From Verrucomicrobiota bacterium (GTDB lineage Bacteria; Verrucomicrobiota; Kiritimatiellia; CAIQIC01; JAGNIJ01), in the NCBI GenBank assembly GCA_043803015.1, contig JAZDKK010000051.1, forward strand, positions 17,213 to 81,212: 64,000 nucleotides of DNA. The letters are read 5' to 3'. Below, one piece after another: positions 54,878 through 64,000 of the stretch (the first letter of the stretch is position 1; each line of letters opens with the position of its first letter). A model generated the notes under the pieces. The model was not told the DNA's origin, searched no databases, and worked only from the letters and a program-made list of their open reading frames with translations. A program made the position numbers and the translations under genes.

Positions 54878-55918
54878 TTACGGCCAGGCCAGGTTGCGGT
54901 CGGTCAGATTCATCGTGCCCGCCAGGCGGATCGGCTGTTCGCCGGTCAGGATCCGACCGGCCTCTTTCAGAATGCCGGGCTCCGGGAGAAGGACCTGCGC
55001 GCCCCGGGCCGTGACGTACGGAAGGACCTCGTTCCGGTCGATCGAATCCCACAGGATCCCGCCCGAGGAGCACCGCGCCAGCACCCACAACATGCGCAGC
55101 CGGGCCACGGGCCCCAGGTCGGTCTCGATCCCGCGCCAGAGGTGCGGCACGATCAGCGGCAGGCGCACGAGCCCGCCGGGCGTGCGCAGTCGCGCGGCCA
55201 CGGCCGAAAGCAGCTGCTGGTTCCGGCTCATGCGGCCGAAGTCCGTGTCCGGCCGGCGCACGCGGGCAAACTCGAGCGCCCTCTCGCCGTTCAGGTGATT
55301 CCAGCCGGCTTCGAAGCGAAGCGGGTAGGACTTGCCTCCCCCTTTGAAGGGATTGAACTTCGGATCGTGCACCGGTTTCTCGCAGTAGACCTCGATCCCC
55401 CCCAGCGCGTCGACCACGCCGGCGAGCAGATGGAGGCGGACCGCCGTGGCGCCGTCCACCGGGACGCCGATCAGGTCGCTGACGGTCTGGCGGGCCGCGC
55501 GGATGCCCTCCGACGTGGCGTAGTAGTCGCCGAAGAACAGCGCGGCGTTCAGGCGCTCGACGCGGAAGACCGGAAGCCCGCTGAGCGGGACGTAGAGGTC
55601 CCTCGGGAGCGATAGGCCCTTGACCGTGCCGTGCCAGGGGTCGGCGCGCAGGACCAGGATGGCGTCGGAGCGGGCGGGTTCGCCGTCGCGGCTGTCGGAG
55701 CCGAGCAGGAGAAGCGTCAGGGGCCGGTTCCAGGTCGCGGCCAGCACGCCCAGCCACAGCGTGATCGCGGCCACGGGGACGATGACCCAGAACAACCGCC
55801 GCAGAATCCTGCGGACCCCGGCCCCGGTGTCCTCGCCCTCGAGGCAAGCGGCGAGCACGGCATCCTTTAGAGCAGAACGTGTAACGTCAGAATTCATCGG
55901 GGGGCTTTGGCCATCCAC
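54878..55918 (-). CDS. LytR/CpsA/Psr (LCP) family protein
   Basis: TM anchor, then LLLGSDSRDGEPARSDAILVLRADP...LSLPRDLYVP. The start is GTG 55918 or ATG 55897. Confidence 0.8.
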   Translation of the reverse strand: MDGQSPPMNSDVTRSALKDAVLAACLEGEDTGAGVRRILRRLFWVIVPVAAITLWLGVLAATWNRPLTLLLLGSDSRDGEPARSDAILVLRADPWHGTVKGLSLPRDLYVPLSGLPVFRVERLNAALFFGDYYATSEGIRAARQTVSDLIGVPVDGATAVRLHLLAGVVDALGGIEVYCEKPVHDPKFNPFKGGGKSYPLRFEAGWNHLNGERALEFARVRRPDTDFGRMSRNQQLLSAVAARLRTPGGLVRLPLIVPHLWRGIETDLGPVARLRMLWVLARCSSGGILWDSIDRNEVLPYVTARGAQVLLPEPGILKEAGRILTGEQPIRLAGTMNLTDRNLAWP

Positions 55919-56192
55919 AAATGGGAGCGCATTTTCAACATGCGCGGCCCGTTGTCAAGACCGCAACGGGAGAGACGGAACGACGGCCAGGTGCCGGGGA
56001 CGGGACGCCGCGCCGTTTCATGGGTTTTCCGGCCGATAACGTGCGGCCGGTGTCAATCTTCAGATGGACGCTCGAACGTCCCGCGAGAGCGTCTCTCCAG
56101 CACGGAGAGGTCTCGTCACCGCGGCTTGCCACGCCGAGTTCGCACTTGTACAGTGCTGCGAGGCACGACATACATCATCGAGGGGTTCGTTC

Positions 56193-57059
56193 ATGGCAAA
56201 CATCCAGGTTCACTGCGGCTTCTGCGGGAATGAATTCGAGGTGCCGGAGGACTCGGCCAGCACGGCCGCGACGTGCTCGAAGTGCGGCCGGCAGGTCGCC
56301 GTGCCGCTGCCCGCCGCCGAGCAGGAGGGCCGGGTTCGCCTTCAGGTGAAAAGGGACACCCGGATCACCGGCGGCCGGAGCTGTCCGGTCTGCGGCGCGG
56401 CCATGGACGAAAGCGCCGTGATCTGTGTCCAGTGCGGGTACGACTCGCGCACCCGCTCCCGCTACGCGCACCGGCAGGCGCCGTCCCGCCTGCTCAACGG
56501 ACTGCTCACCGCGATGGGGGTCCTGATCTTCGCGGGCCTGGTGCGCGTGTACCTCCAGCGCCGCGCGGGCCCGATGATCCTCGAGGCGCCGGCTCGGGCG
56601 CCTGCCGAATCGCCGACCGGCACCGGGGCGGAGATCCCGGAGGTTCCGCCCCCGGCCGCGACCACGACGGTGAGCGCGGCGCCGGGCATGCCCACCCAGG
56701 CGGTGGCCGCGGCCGCGACGCCGACCGCCGCGACGAACCCGGTGCCCAACGCCGAGGAAGTCAACCGCGCGATGGTGGAGGAGTACCGGCGGAGTCTCAT
56801 CGATTGGTTGGACCAGAAGTACCCGCTCTACGCGTCCGGCGCCTCCGCGGTGCTGCGGCGGGAGAACGGCCGGGTCCACCGTGGCGTGATCTTCGAGATC
56901 AAGCCGGACGAAGTCACGCTCCTGGCCGACGGCGGACAGGTGGCGGTTCCGTATGCGCAACTGGACCAGGCGTCCCGCCTGCGCTGCGATCGTGTTTTCC
57001 GGAATCGCTGGGTGGAGTACCAGGTAAAGAAGCGCACACCCGGGTCCAAAGGTCCCTAG
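56193..57059 (+). CDS. zinc-ribbon membrane protein (hypothetical)
   Basis: ATG at 56193. CGFCGN...CSKCGR and CPVCGA...CVQCG ribbons. TM helix LLNGLLTAMGVLIFAGLV. Confidence 0.6.
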   Translation: MANIQVHCGFCGNEFEVPEDSASTAATCSKCGRQVAVPLPAAEQEGRVRLQVKRDTRITGGRSCPVCGAAMDESAVICVQCGYDSRTRSRYAHRQAPSRLLNGLLTAMGVLIFAGLVRVYLQRRAGPMILEAPARAPAESPTGTGAEIPEVPPPAATTTVSAAPGMPTQAVAAAATPTAATNPVPNAEEVNRAMVEEYRRSLIDWLDQKYPLYASGASAVLRRENGRVHRGVIFEIKPDEVTLLADGGQVAVPYAQLDQASRLRCDRVFRNRWVEYQVKKRTPGSKGP

Positions 57060-57155
57060 CGTCCTGCGAAAAGCGGAAAATCCGTTCAACAAATACCGCT
57101 TGTGCGGGTATTACATGGGCGTTAACCGCTCACTGCGACAAGGAGGTCGAAGGAG

Positions 57156-57731
57156 ATGAAAAGGGTTGGGATTCTGCTCGCCGTCGTCGCCTTTGTCGGC
57201 GTCGCCACCGTGGTTCTGGCCGGGAAGATGGTCAACGCCAGTTTCGAGACCGACTTCGGGTCGCGCGAGGAACTCAACATGTGGGGCGAACACGGCGACG
57301 TCTGGGGCGAGGCCTACCAGGTCCTCGCCGGGAAGGACAAGCCCATCACCAAGGCCCGGACCGGCACGCGAGTTCTCCTGATCAACGTGCCGCCGGACAC
57401 GTGGAACGGCGCGTGGCAGCAGGTTTCCTGGCCCGCGAATGCTCCGTTTGTCGTACAGGCCTACTACCTGATCCAGGGCGGCGACCTCCCGCCCGATTGC
57501 GCCACGTTCATGAAGGCGGAGTTCTACGACGGCAGCGACGGCATGATCTCCTACATTGAGGGCGAGCGGCGGCGGGAGCAGACGAGCGGGCAGTGGGTGC
57601 GCGATACGCTGAAGGGCACCACGCCCGACGGCACAGCCTCGATCCGGATCATTCTGATCGCCGGGAGCAACAAGGGCGGAACCAACCTCGTCAATCGCAT
57701 CTACTGGGACGATTGCGACACGCTGGAATAG
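57156..57731 (+). CDS. secreted single CBM-like beta-sandwich protein
   Basis: ATG at 57156 behind AAGGAGG. Signal peptide. VNASFETDFGS...W...IYWDDC resembles the modules of the 37503-41102 protein. Confidence 0.6.
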   Translation: MKRVGILLAVVAFVGVATVVLAGKMVNASFETDFGSREELNMWGEHGDVWGEAYQVLAGKDKPITKARTGTRVLLINVPPDTWNGAWQQVSWPANAPFVVQAYYLIQGGDLPPDCATFMKAEFYDGSDGMISYIEGERRREQTSGQWVRDTLKGTTPDGTASIRIILIAGSNKGGTNLVNRIYWDDCDTLE

Positions 57732-57738
57732 GCCGAAG

Positions 57739-59433
57739 GTGAAGAAGGGGTCGAACATCCAGGAGCTCAGGGCGACGAAGGAGCAGCTGCTCCGCTCGCT
57801 CAACCTCTTCGACTTGGCGGCCGCGGGCGAGGGCCCCGAGTTTCTCCGGCGCATCGACCAGTCTTACGTGAGAGAGCTGCTCGGGGGTCCGGACCTTCCC
57901 TGGGGCGAGGAAGGCCTGTACCCGGACTCGGCCCGGTTCATCGCGGGCATCCGCTCCTCCGAGGAGGGGCAGGAGTTGAGCCTGTCTTCCGATATCGAGC
58001 TCCTGCGAAGGCTCAAGGACACGGGCAAGGAGCAGGCGCATTACGGGCCGTTCGGGCTCCTCGAAGCCGCTTTCCCGGTGCGAGTCAGGGGCGCGGTCAT
58101 TCACTGCCTGTGGTCCGGCAAAGTGCGCGAACACTCCTTCACGCACAACGAGATCAGCGACCTGGCAAAGTTGTCCGGGCTCTCCAGGGCCGAGGCCGAG
58201 GAGCTGGCCGGCGCGGTGCCGGTGCTGTCGAAGAAACAAATCGACCGCGCCTTCGCGTTCTGCCGGCGCCTGTGCGCCGGGCTGGAGCAGGCGCTGACCC
58301 ATCACCTGCACGCCACGGAGCTCGCCCAGCAGCTGATCCAGTCGGAGCGCACGCAGTCCCTGGGCACCCTGTCGGGCGGCGTCGCGCACCATTTCAACAA
58401 CCTCCTGTCGATCATCCTCGGCTACTCGTCCTTCGTGCTGAACCGCGAGAAGATCTCGCGGGAGGCGACGGAGGCCCTGCGCAAGATCATGGACGCCGCG
58501 CAGCGGGGCCGCCGGCTGACGGAGGAGATTCTGGCGTTCCTCGGGAGCGACACCGAGGAGGACGTCCCCTGCCGCATTCACGAGACCGTGAGCAGCGTGC
58601 TGTCCCTGCTCGAGCAGAAGACCGGCAGCCGCGTGCGCGTGGAGGTCCGGCTCGAGGCCGAGCGCGATACGGTGGTCGCTTCGCCCAGTGCCATCCGCCA
58701 GATCGTGTTCAACCTGCTGACCAACGCGATCGACAGCATGCCTTCCGGCGGGGTCCTGACGATTTCCACGTTGAACGAGCAGATGGCGACGGATTCCGGC
58801 CAGCAGGAGTACCTCCAGCTGGAGGTAGCGGACACGGGAGGGGGAGTGCCCGCCGCCGTGGGCGTGACGGCCGACAGCGAAAGGGTGGGCCTGAAGCTTT
58901 CGAGCGTTTATGGCATGGTCGGGCGCCTGGATGGCACCGTGGTGGTTTCGTCGGACCCCGGGACGGTCACGCGCGTGAAGGTGCTCCTGCCGGTGGCGGT
59001 CGGGGGCGTGCCGGCCCGGCCGGAGAGGAAGGCCCGGCGGAAGCTGGCCCCGAGCCGGATCTGGGTCGTGGACGACGATGCGATCTTCCGCGAGATGTGC
59101 CGGCAGGTGCTGGCCGATGACGGGCACGACGTGGAAGAGATCAGCGGCGGCCGCCAGTTCCAGGACCGCTGGCGCAAAGGCGCGCCGCGGCCCGACCTGA
59201 TCCTGATGGACTTCAGCATGCCCGAGTACAACGGGCTCCAGCTCTGCGAGTGGCTGAGGGCGGACGGCGCCAAGACGCCGGTGATCCTGGTCAGCGGCTT
59301 CACGGCGAGCCAGCCGGACATCCGGAAGGCGCTGCGCCTGAAGAAGACGTTCTTCCTGCAGAAGCCGTTCTCGTTCCGCGAGATGGCCGACACCGTTACC
59401 GTCGCCCTCGGCGAGACCCTGATCGGGGAGTAG
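57739..59433 (+). CDS. hybrid sensor histidine kinase / response regulator (cytoplasmic)
   Basis: GTG start at 57739. H-box GVAHHFNNLLSIILGYS, N-box NLLTNAIDSM, DTGGGV. Receiver domain IWVVDDD...DLILMDFSMPEYNG...VILVSGF. No TM segments. Confidence 0.85.
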   Translation: MKKGSNIQELRATKEQLLRSLNLFDLAAAGEGPEFLRRIDQSYVRELLGGPDLPWGEEGLYPDSARFIAGIRSSEEGQELSLSSDIELLRRLKDTGKEQAHYGPFGLLEAAFPVRVRGAVIHCLWSGKVREHSFTHNEISDLAKLSGLSRAEAEELAGAVPVLSKKQIDRAFAFCRRLCAGLEQALTHHLHATELAQQLIQSERTQSLGTLSGGVAHHFNNLLSIILGYSSFVLNREKISREATEALRKIMDAAQRGRRLTEEILAFLGSDTEEDVPCRIHETVSSVLSLLEQKTGSRVRVEVRLEAERDTVVASPSAIRQIVFNLLTNAIDSMPSGGVLTISTLNEQMATDSGQQEYLQLEVADTGGGVPAAVGVTADSERVGLKLSSVYGMVGRLDGTVVVSSDPGTVTRVKVLLPVAVGGVPARPERKARRKLAPSRIWVVDDDAIFREMCRQVLADDGHDVEEISGGRQFQDRWRKGAPRPDLILMDFSMPEYNGLQLCEWLRADGAKTPVILVSGFTASQPDIRKALRLKKTFFLQKPFSFREMADTVTVALGETLIGE

Positions 59434-59471
59434 GGGGCAGGCGGATCACGGAGCGGCGAAGCTCCTGCGCC

Positions 59472-60845
59472 TCATTCGAACTGTATGTCGTCCAGGCAGA
59501 ACACCACCGGTTTTCCCTGTCCTTCGATCCGGAACAGGAACCCGGTGATCAGCCGGGTCCGGTCGAGCTTCTCGATCGAAAGGCTGTACTTCTTCCACTC
59601 TTTCTGCAAACGGATGACCCCGGTGGATGCGCGCAGTGAATCCCGGGACACGGCGTTCTGGGCCTGCTCCATGCCCACCATGAACTCGACCCTCTCGCTC
59701 CCCGACTCCCCCTTCGCCCAGAACGTCAGCTTCCTTGCCTTGGACAGATCAAACCCCCCTGGATAATCGCCCCAGTTGTGGCCAGGGTGCTGCCACGCGA
59801 CCGTAACCCAATCGGCGGCGTCCTCGTACCGGACGTAGATGCAGGTCATTCCCGAGTGCGGCGCCAGATCCCACGAGGTATCGAACTGGAGGGCGCCCTT
59901 GTTCCCCAGCCGGCCCGTCGCTGCGTACGTCTCTTTGAGCCCGCCGTCCGAGTAGACCACGAACGGGACATCCACAACAGGAGCGGGGTCGCCGGGAAGC
60001 AGGGTGTCCGTGATCGAAGCCTTCTGCCACCGGAAATCGTCGCCGTGGCCGAGGGGCGTCGAGGCCAGCACGTCCTCCGGCACGAGCGGCGGGACGTCGG
60101 CCTTGTTCTCGAGGAGTTCACGATACTGGTCCTCAGCCGGCTTGGCCCTGGGCTGTCGCGGCTTCTCGCGCCGGTGCTCCGCGCCGGCCTCCGGCGAAGC
60201 TGTCGTTGTCCGTTCCAGGGCCGCGGGCCGCACGGGGGCCGGCCGCGGGGTCGGATCCCAGCGCTGCGGCGCCGGTTCCTCCTGCGAAACCAGCTTCGCC
60301 CTTCCGTGCTCATCAAACACCAGCTTCTGAACCTTGGCCGACCCCGCGGGAGCGCGCGCCGCGGACCCGGTCAAGTTGTCCCAGACCGTGTGCCGCGCGA
60401 GCAGGAACGGCGGAACGCAGGTGCAGAGCAGGAGAACGAGCCCGTGCAGTACCCTCCGGGTGGCGAGCAGCCTCACGCCCATCAGGAAGGATCCGATGAA
60501 GAACGGCACATAGCCGAGCGCCGCCCGAGGCAACAGGACCTCGAGGAGGATGCCGACGACAACGCATACCCAGCCCACGACGATCTCCTGGGGGTGCGTG
60601 TCGTTCGGCGGTTGCGCGGCGGCCTCCTTCGGCTCGGCGGTGGTATTCGCCGGCTGCGGCTGGGACTCCTCCTTGGCCTTGCCCGAAGGAATGCGGATCA
60701 CGCGCTTGAGCGCAGGAGCCTTGGCCGTCGGGACGGGAATCGTGACCGGCCTGCCGCAGACGGGGCAGTTCACCGTCTGCCCTTGCTCCGAAGCGTCGAC
60801 GACGAGGTTCTTCCTGCAGTTACCACACCGGAAGACGATTTCCAT
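59472..60845 (-). CDS. zinc-ribbon membrane protein with C-terminal CBM-like domain (hypothetical)
   Basis: ATG at 60845. CGNCRK...CPVCGR, TM helices, and a C-terminal beta-sandwich-like region ending in VVFCLDDIQFE. Confidence 0.65.
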   Translation of the reverse strand: MEIVFRCGNCRKNLVVDASEQGQTVNCPVCGRPVTIPVPTAKAPALKRVIRIPSGKAKEESQPQPANTTAEPKEAAAQPPNDTHPQEIVVGWVCVVVGILLEVLLPRAALGYVPFFIGSFLMGVRLLATRRVLHGLVLLLCTCVPPFLLARHTVWDNLTGSAARAPAGSAKVQKLVFDEHGRAKLVSQEEPAPQRWDPTPRPAPVRPAALERTTTASPEAGAEHRREKPRQPRAKPAEDQYRELLENKADVPPLVPEDVLASTPLGHGDDFRWQKASITDTLLPGDPAPVVDVPFVVYSDGGLKETYAATGRLGNKGALQFDTSWDLAPHSGMTCIYVRYEDAADWVTVAWQHPGHNWGDYPGGFDLSKARKLTFWAKGESGSERVEFMVGMEQAQNAVSRDSLRASTGVIRLQKEWKKYSLSIEKLDRTRLITGFLFRIEGQGKPVVFCLDDIQFE

Positions 60846-61059
60846 GATTCTCCGTCCCGGGAAAACCGCGGCTGGCGGGCGAGTCTAGCGGAGGCACCGA
60901 CGCGAGGCAAGCAGGAAGGCGCAGGGGTAGTCTCGCGCCGTTTCGGCTTTCGGGCCGCCCGCGCGGCGGAGTCTCCCGCGCGAGAAGGCCGTCCGACCGC
61001 GATTGACAGGTTTCCGCCGCAAACCTATATTGCCCCGTTGTTTGAATGGGCGATCGGGC

Positions 61060-61129
61060 GGGCGATTAGCTCCCGCCTTCGTGGCGCGTGGCGCGCCACT
61101 ACGGCGGGCAGGCGGGTTGGCTAGAGTAC
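61060..61129 (+). pseudogene. broken copy of the tRNA-Val 5' part, split by a 43-nt REP-like hairpin insert
   Basis: GGGCGATTAGCTC (61060-61072) and GTTGGCTAGAGTAC (61116-61129) match positions 1-13 and 15-28 of the tRNA-Val at 61485. The insert contains GTGGCGCG-TGG-CGCGCCAC with flanks equal to the reverse complement of the tRNA-Arg trailer core. Confidence 0.55.
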
Positions 61130-61160
61130 CTGCAAAGAGGGACAGCGCAGCATTTCGACG

Positions 61161-61442
61161 GTGGACCCATACTCAGTGTATCTCATAGTCAGCCGTAACC
61201 ACACCTACCGCCATGTCGGATTCACAAGCGACCCCTTGCGCAGGCTGGCTGAGCACAACCAAGGCAAGTTGAGGACGACCGCTCCCTACGCCCCGTTTCG
61301 TATGACCATACTTCGCCGATCGCCCACGCCGAATGAAGCCAGGAGAGCGGAACGCTATTTCAAGTCTGGATTCGGAAGGAAGCACATCGATAGGCTTCTC
61401 AGGGCGGAAACCCCCACATTGACTTGGCTGGAGGCACCTTGA
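61161..61442 (+). CDS. small GIY-YIG nuclease-family protein (UPF0213-like)
   Basis: GTG start. SVYLIVSRNHTYRHVGFTSDPLRRLAEHNQG...EARRAERYFK fits the stand-alone GIY-YIG pattern. Confidence 0.7.
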   Translation: MDPYSVYLIVSRNHTYRHVGFTSDPLRRLAEHNQGKLRTTAPYAPFRMTILRRSPTPNEARRAERYFKSGFGRKHIDRLLRAETPTLTWLEAP

Positions 61443-61484
61443 CTTTCACGCGGTGCCACCTACTATCTGTGTGCTTTGGACGTG

Positions 61485-61561
61485 GGCGATTAGCTCAGTT
61501 GGCTAGAGCACTTCCTTGACATGGAAGGGGTCGGAGGTTCAAGTCCTCTATCGCCCACCAG
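61485..61561 (+). tRNA. tRNA-Val (anticodon GAC) with encoded CCA
   Basis: Hand-folded: GGGCGAT TA GCTC AGTTGGCTA GAGC A CTTCC TTGACAT GGAAG GGGTC GGAGG TTCAAGT CCTCT ATCGCCC A CCA. Confidence 0.9.
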
Positions 61562-61680
61562 GCTTCGCTCCGCAGCGCAGCGGAGGAGCGAAGCCTGCCA
61601 CGGCGAAGTTGCCGACCGAAGGGAGGCAACGAAGACGGGCTGGCACGGGACGCTGCGGAGCTACGCCCTGGCAAGCCACC
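61562..61680 (+). repeat. tRNA-trailer element, third copy (diverged)
   Basis: GGCTTCGCTCC-13 nt-GGAGCGAAGCC, then CTGCCACGGCG, then ACGAAGACGGGC, then CGCCCTGGCAAGCCA. This is collinear with the trailer after tRNA-Arg, with compensatory stem changes. Confidence 0.65.
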
Positions 61681-61738
61681 GAGGCCGGGACGAGAGGCAA
61701 GCTGAAGGTAAGGAGACCGACTGCTGCTGCAGTACTGA

Positions 61739-63484
<1,746 letters not shown>

Positions 63485-63545
63485 GGCCAGGGGATGAGAA
63501 GAAGAGATCCGGGCAGAGGGATCTCGCAAACGCAGGAGGCAGACT

Positions 63546-64000
<455 letters not shown>

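Noticed and set aside
61562-61738. T-box or other leader upstream of thrS
   Set aside because: No T-box-like GGGTGG core or specifier/antiterminator arrangement was seen. The region is occupied by the tRNA-Val trailer element.

Overview
High-G+C, densely coding bacterial chromosome segment from a diderm organism. Evidence for a diderm: an lpxK plus heptosyltransferase LPS-core cluster, murJ, a beta-barrel OMP and a PEP-CTERM protein. The many glycoside hydrolases, TSP3-type repeat proteins and DUF2723/PMT-like transferases suggest a PVC-group organism (Verrucomicrobiota/Kiritimatiellota-like), but this is a low-confidence guess.

Layout:
(1) 493-6412: one plus-strand operon-like run. It contains an AAA+ ATPase, a 704-aa unknown protein, a SEDS (FtsW/RodA) polymerase, a small protein, a MraZ-like protein, a hypothetical protein and an HPr-like protein.
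(2) 6453-19581: an accessory, defence-island-like block that ends at tRNA-Arg(CCT). It holds two giant STAND NTPases with DUF4062/TIR-like heads (one WD40, one NACHT-TPR with about 16 tandem 40-aa repeats). It also holds two orphan copies of the same gene head, a small lower-GC ORF, and a translationally coupled NUDIX plus RelA/SpoT-SLOG-RyR pair. I consider that pair the best candidate for an undescribed nucleotide-based immunity or toxin module.
(3) 19690-24365: tRNA-Arg, then a visibly lower-GC GH13/PEP-CTERM two-gene islet. The islet is bracketed by a ~175-bp direct repeat made of the 3' half of the tRNA plus a structured trailer.
(4) 24.4-41 kb: housekeeping and glycan-metabolism genes (DciA-like, GH2, TIM-barrel isomerase, OMP, esterase-CBM9, uvrC, GH16-like, two PMT-like transferases, and a 1199-aa internally duplicated secreted protein).
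(5) 41.3-51 kb: murJ and an eight-gene LPS-core/lpxK cluster on the minus strand.
(6) 51-64 kb: trmB, an FHA protein, glyQS, an LCP protein, zinc-ribbon membrane proteins, a hybrid histidine kinase, a GIY-YIG gene lying between a broken tRNA-Val 5' copy and the intact tRNA-Val(GAC), thrS, and infC with an ATT start.

I recognised no rRNA, CRISPR array, integrase or transposase. All family calls come from motif recognition by eye. No searches or composition statistics were run.
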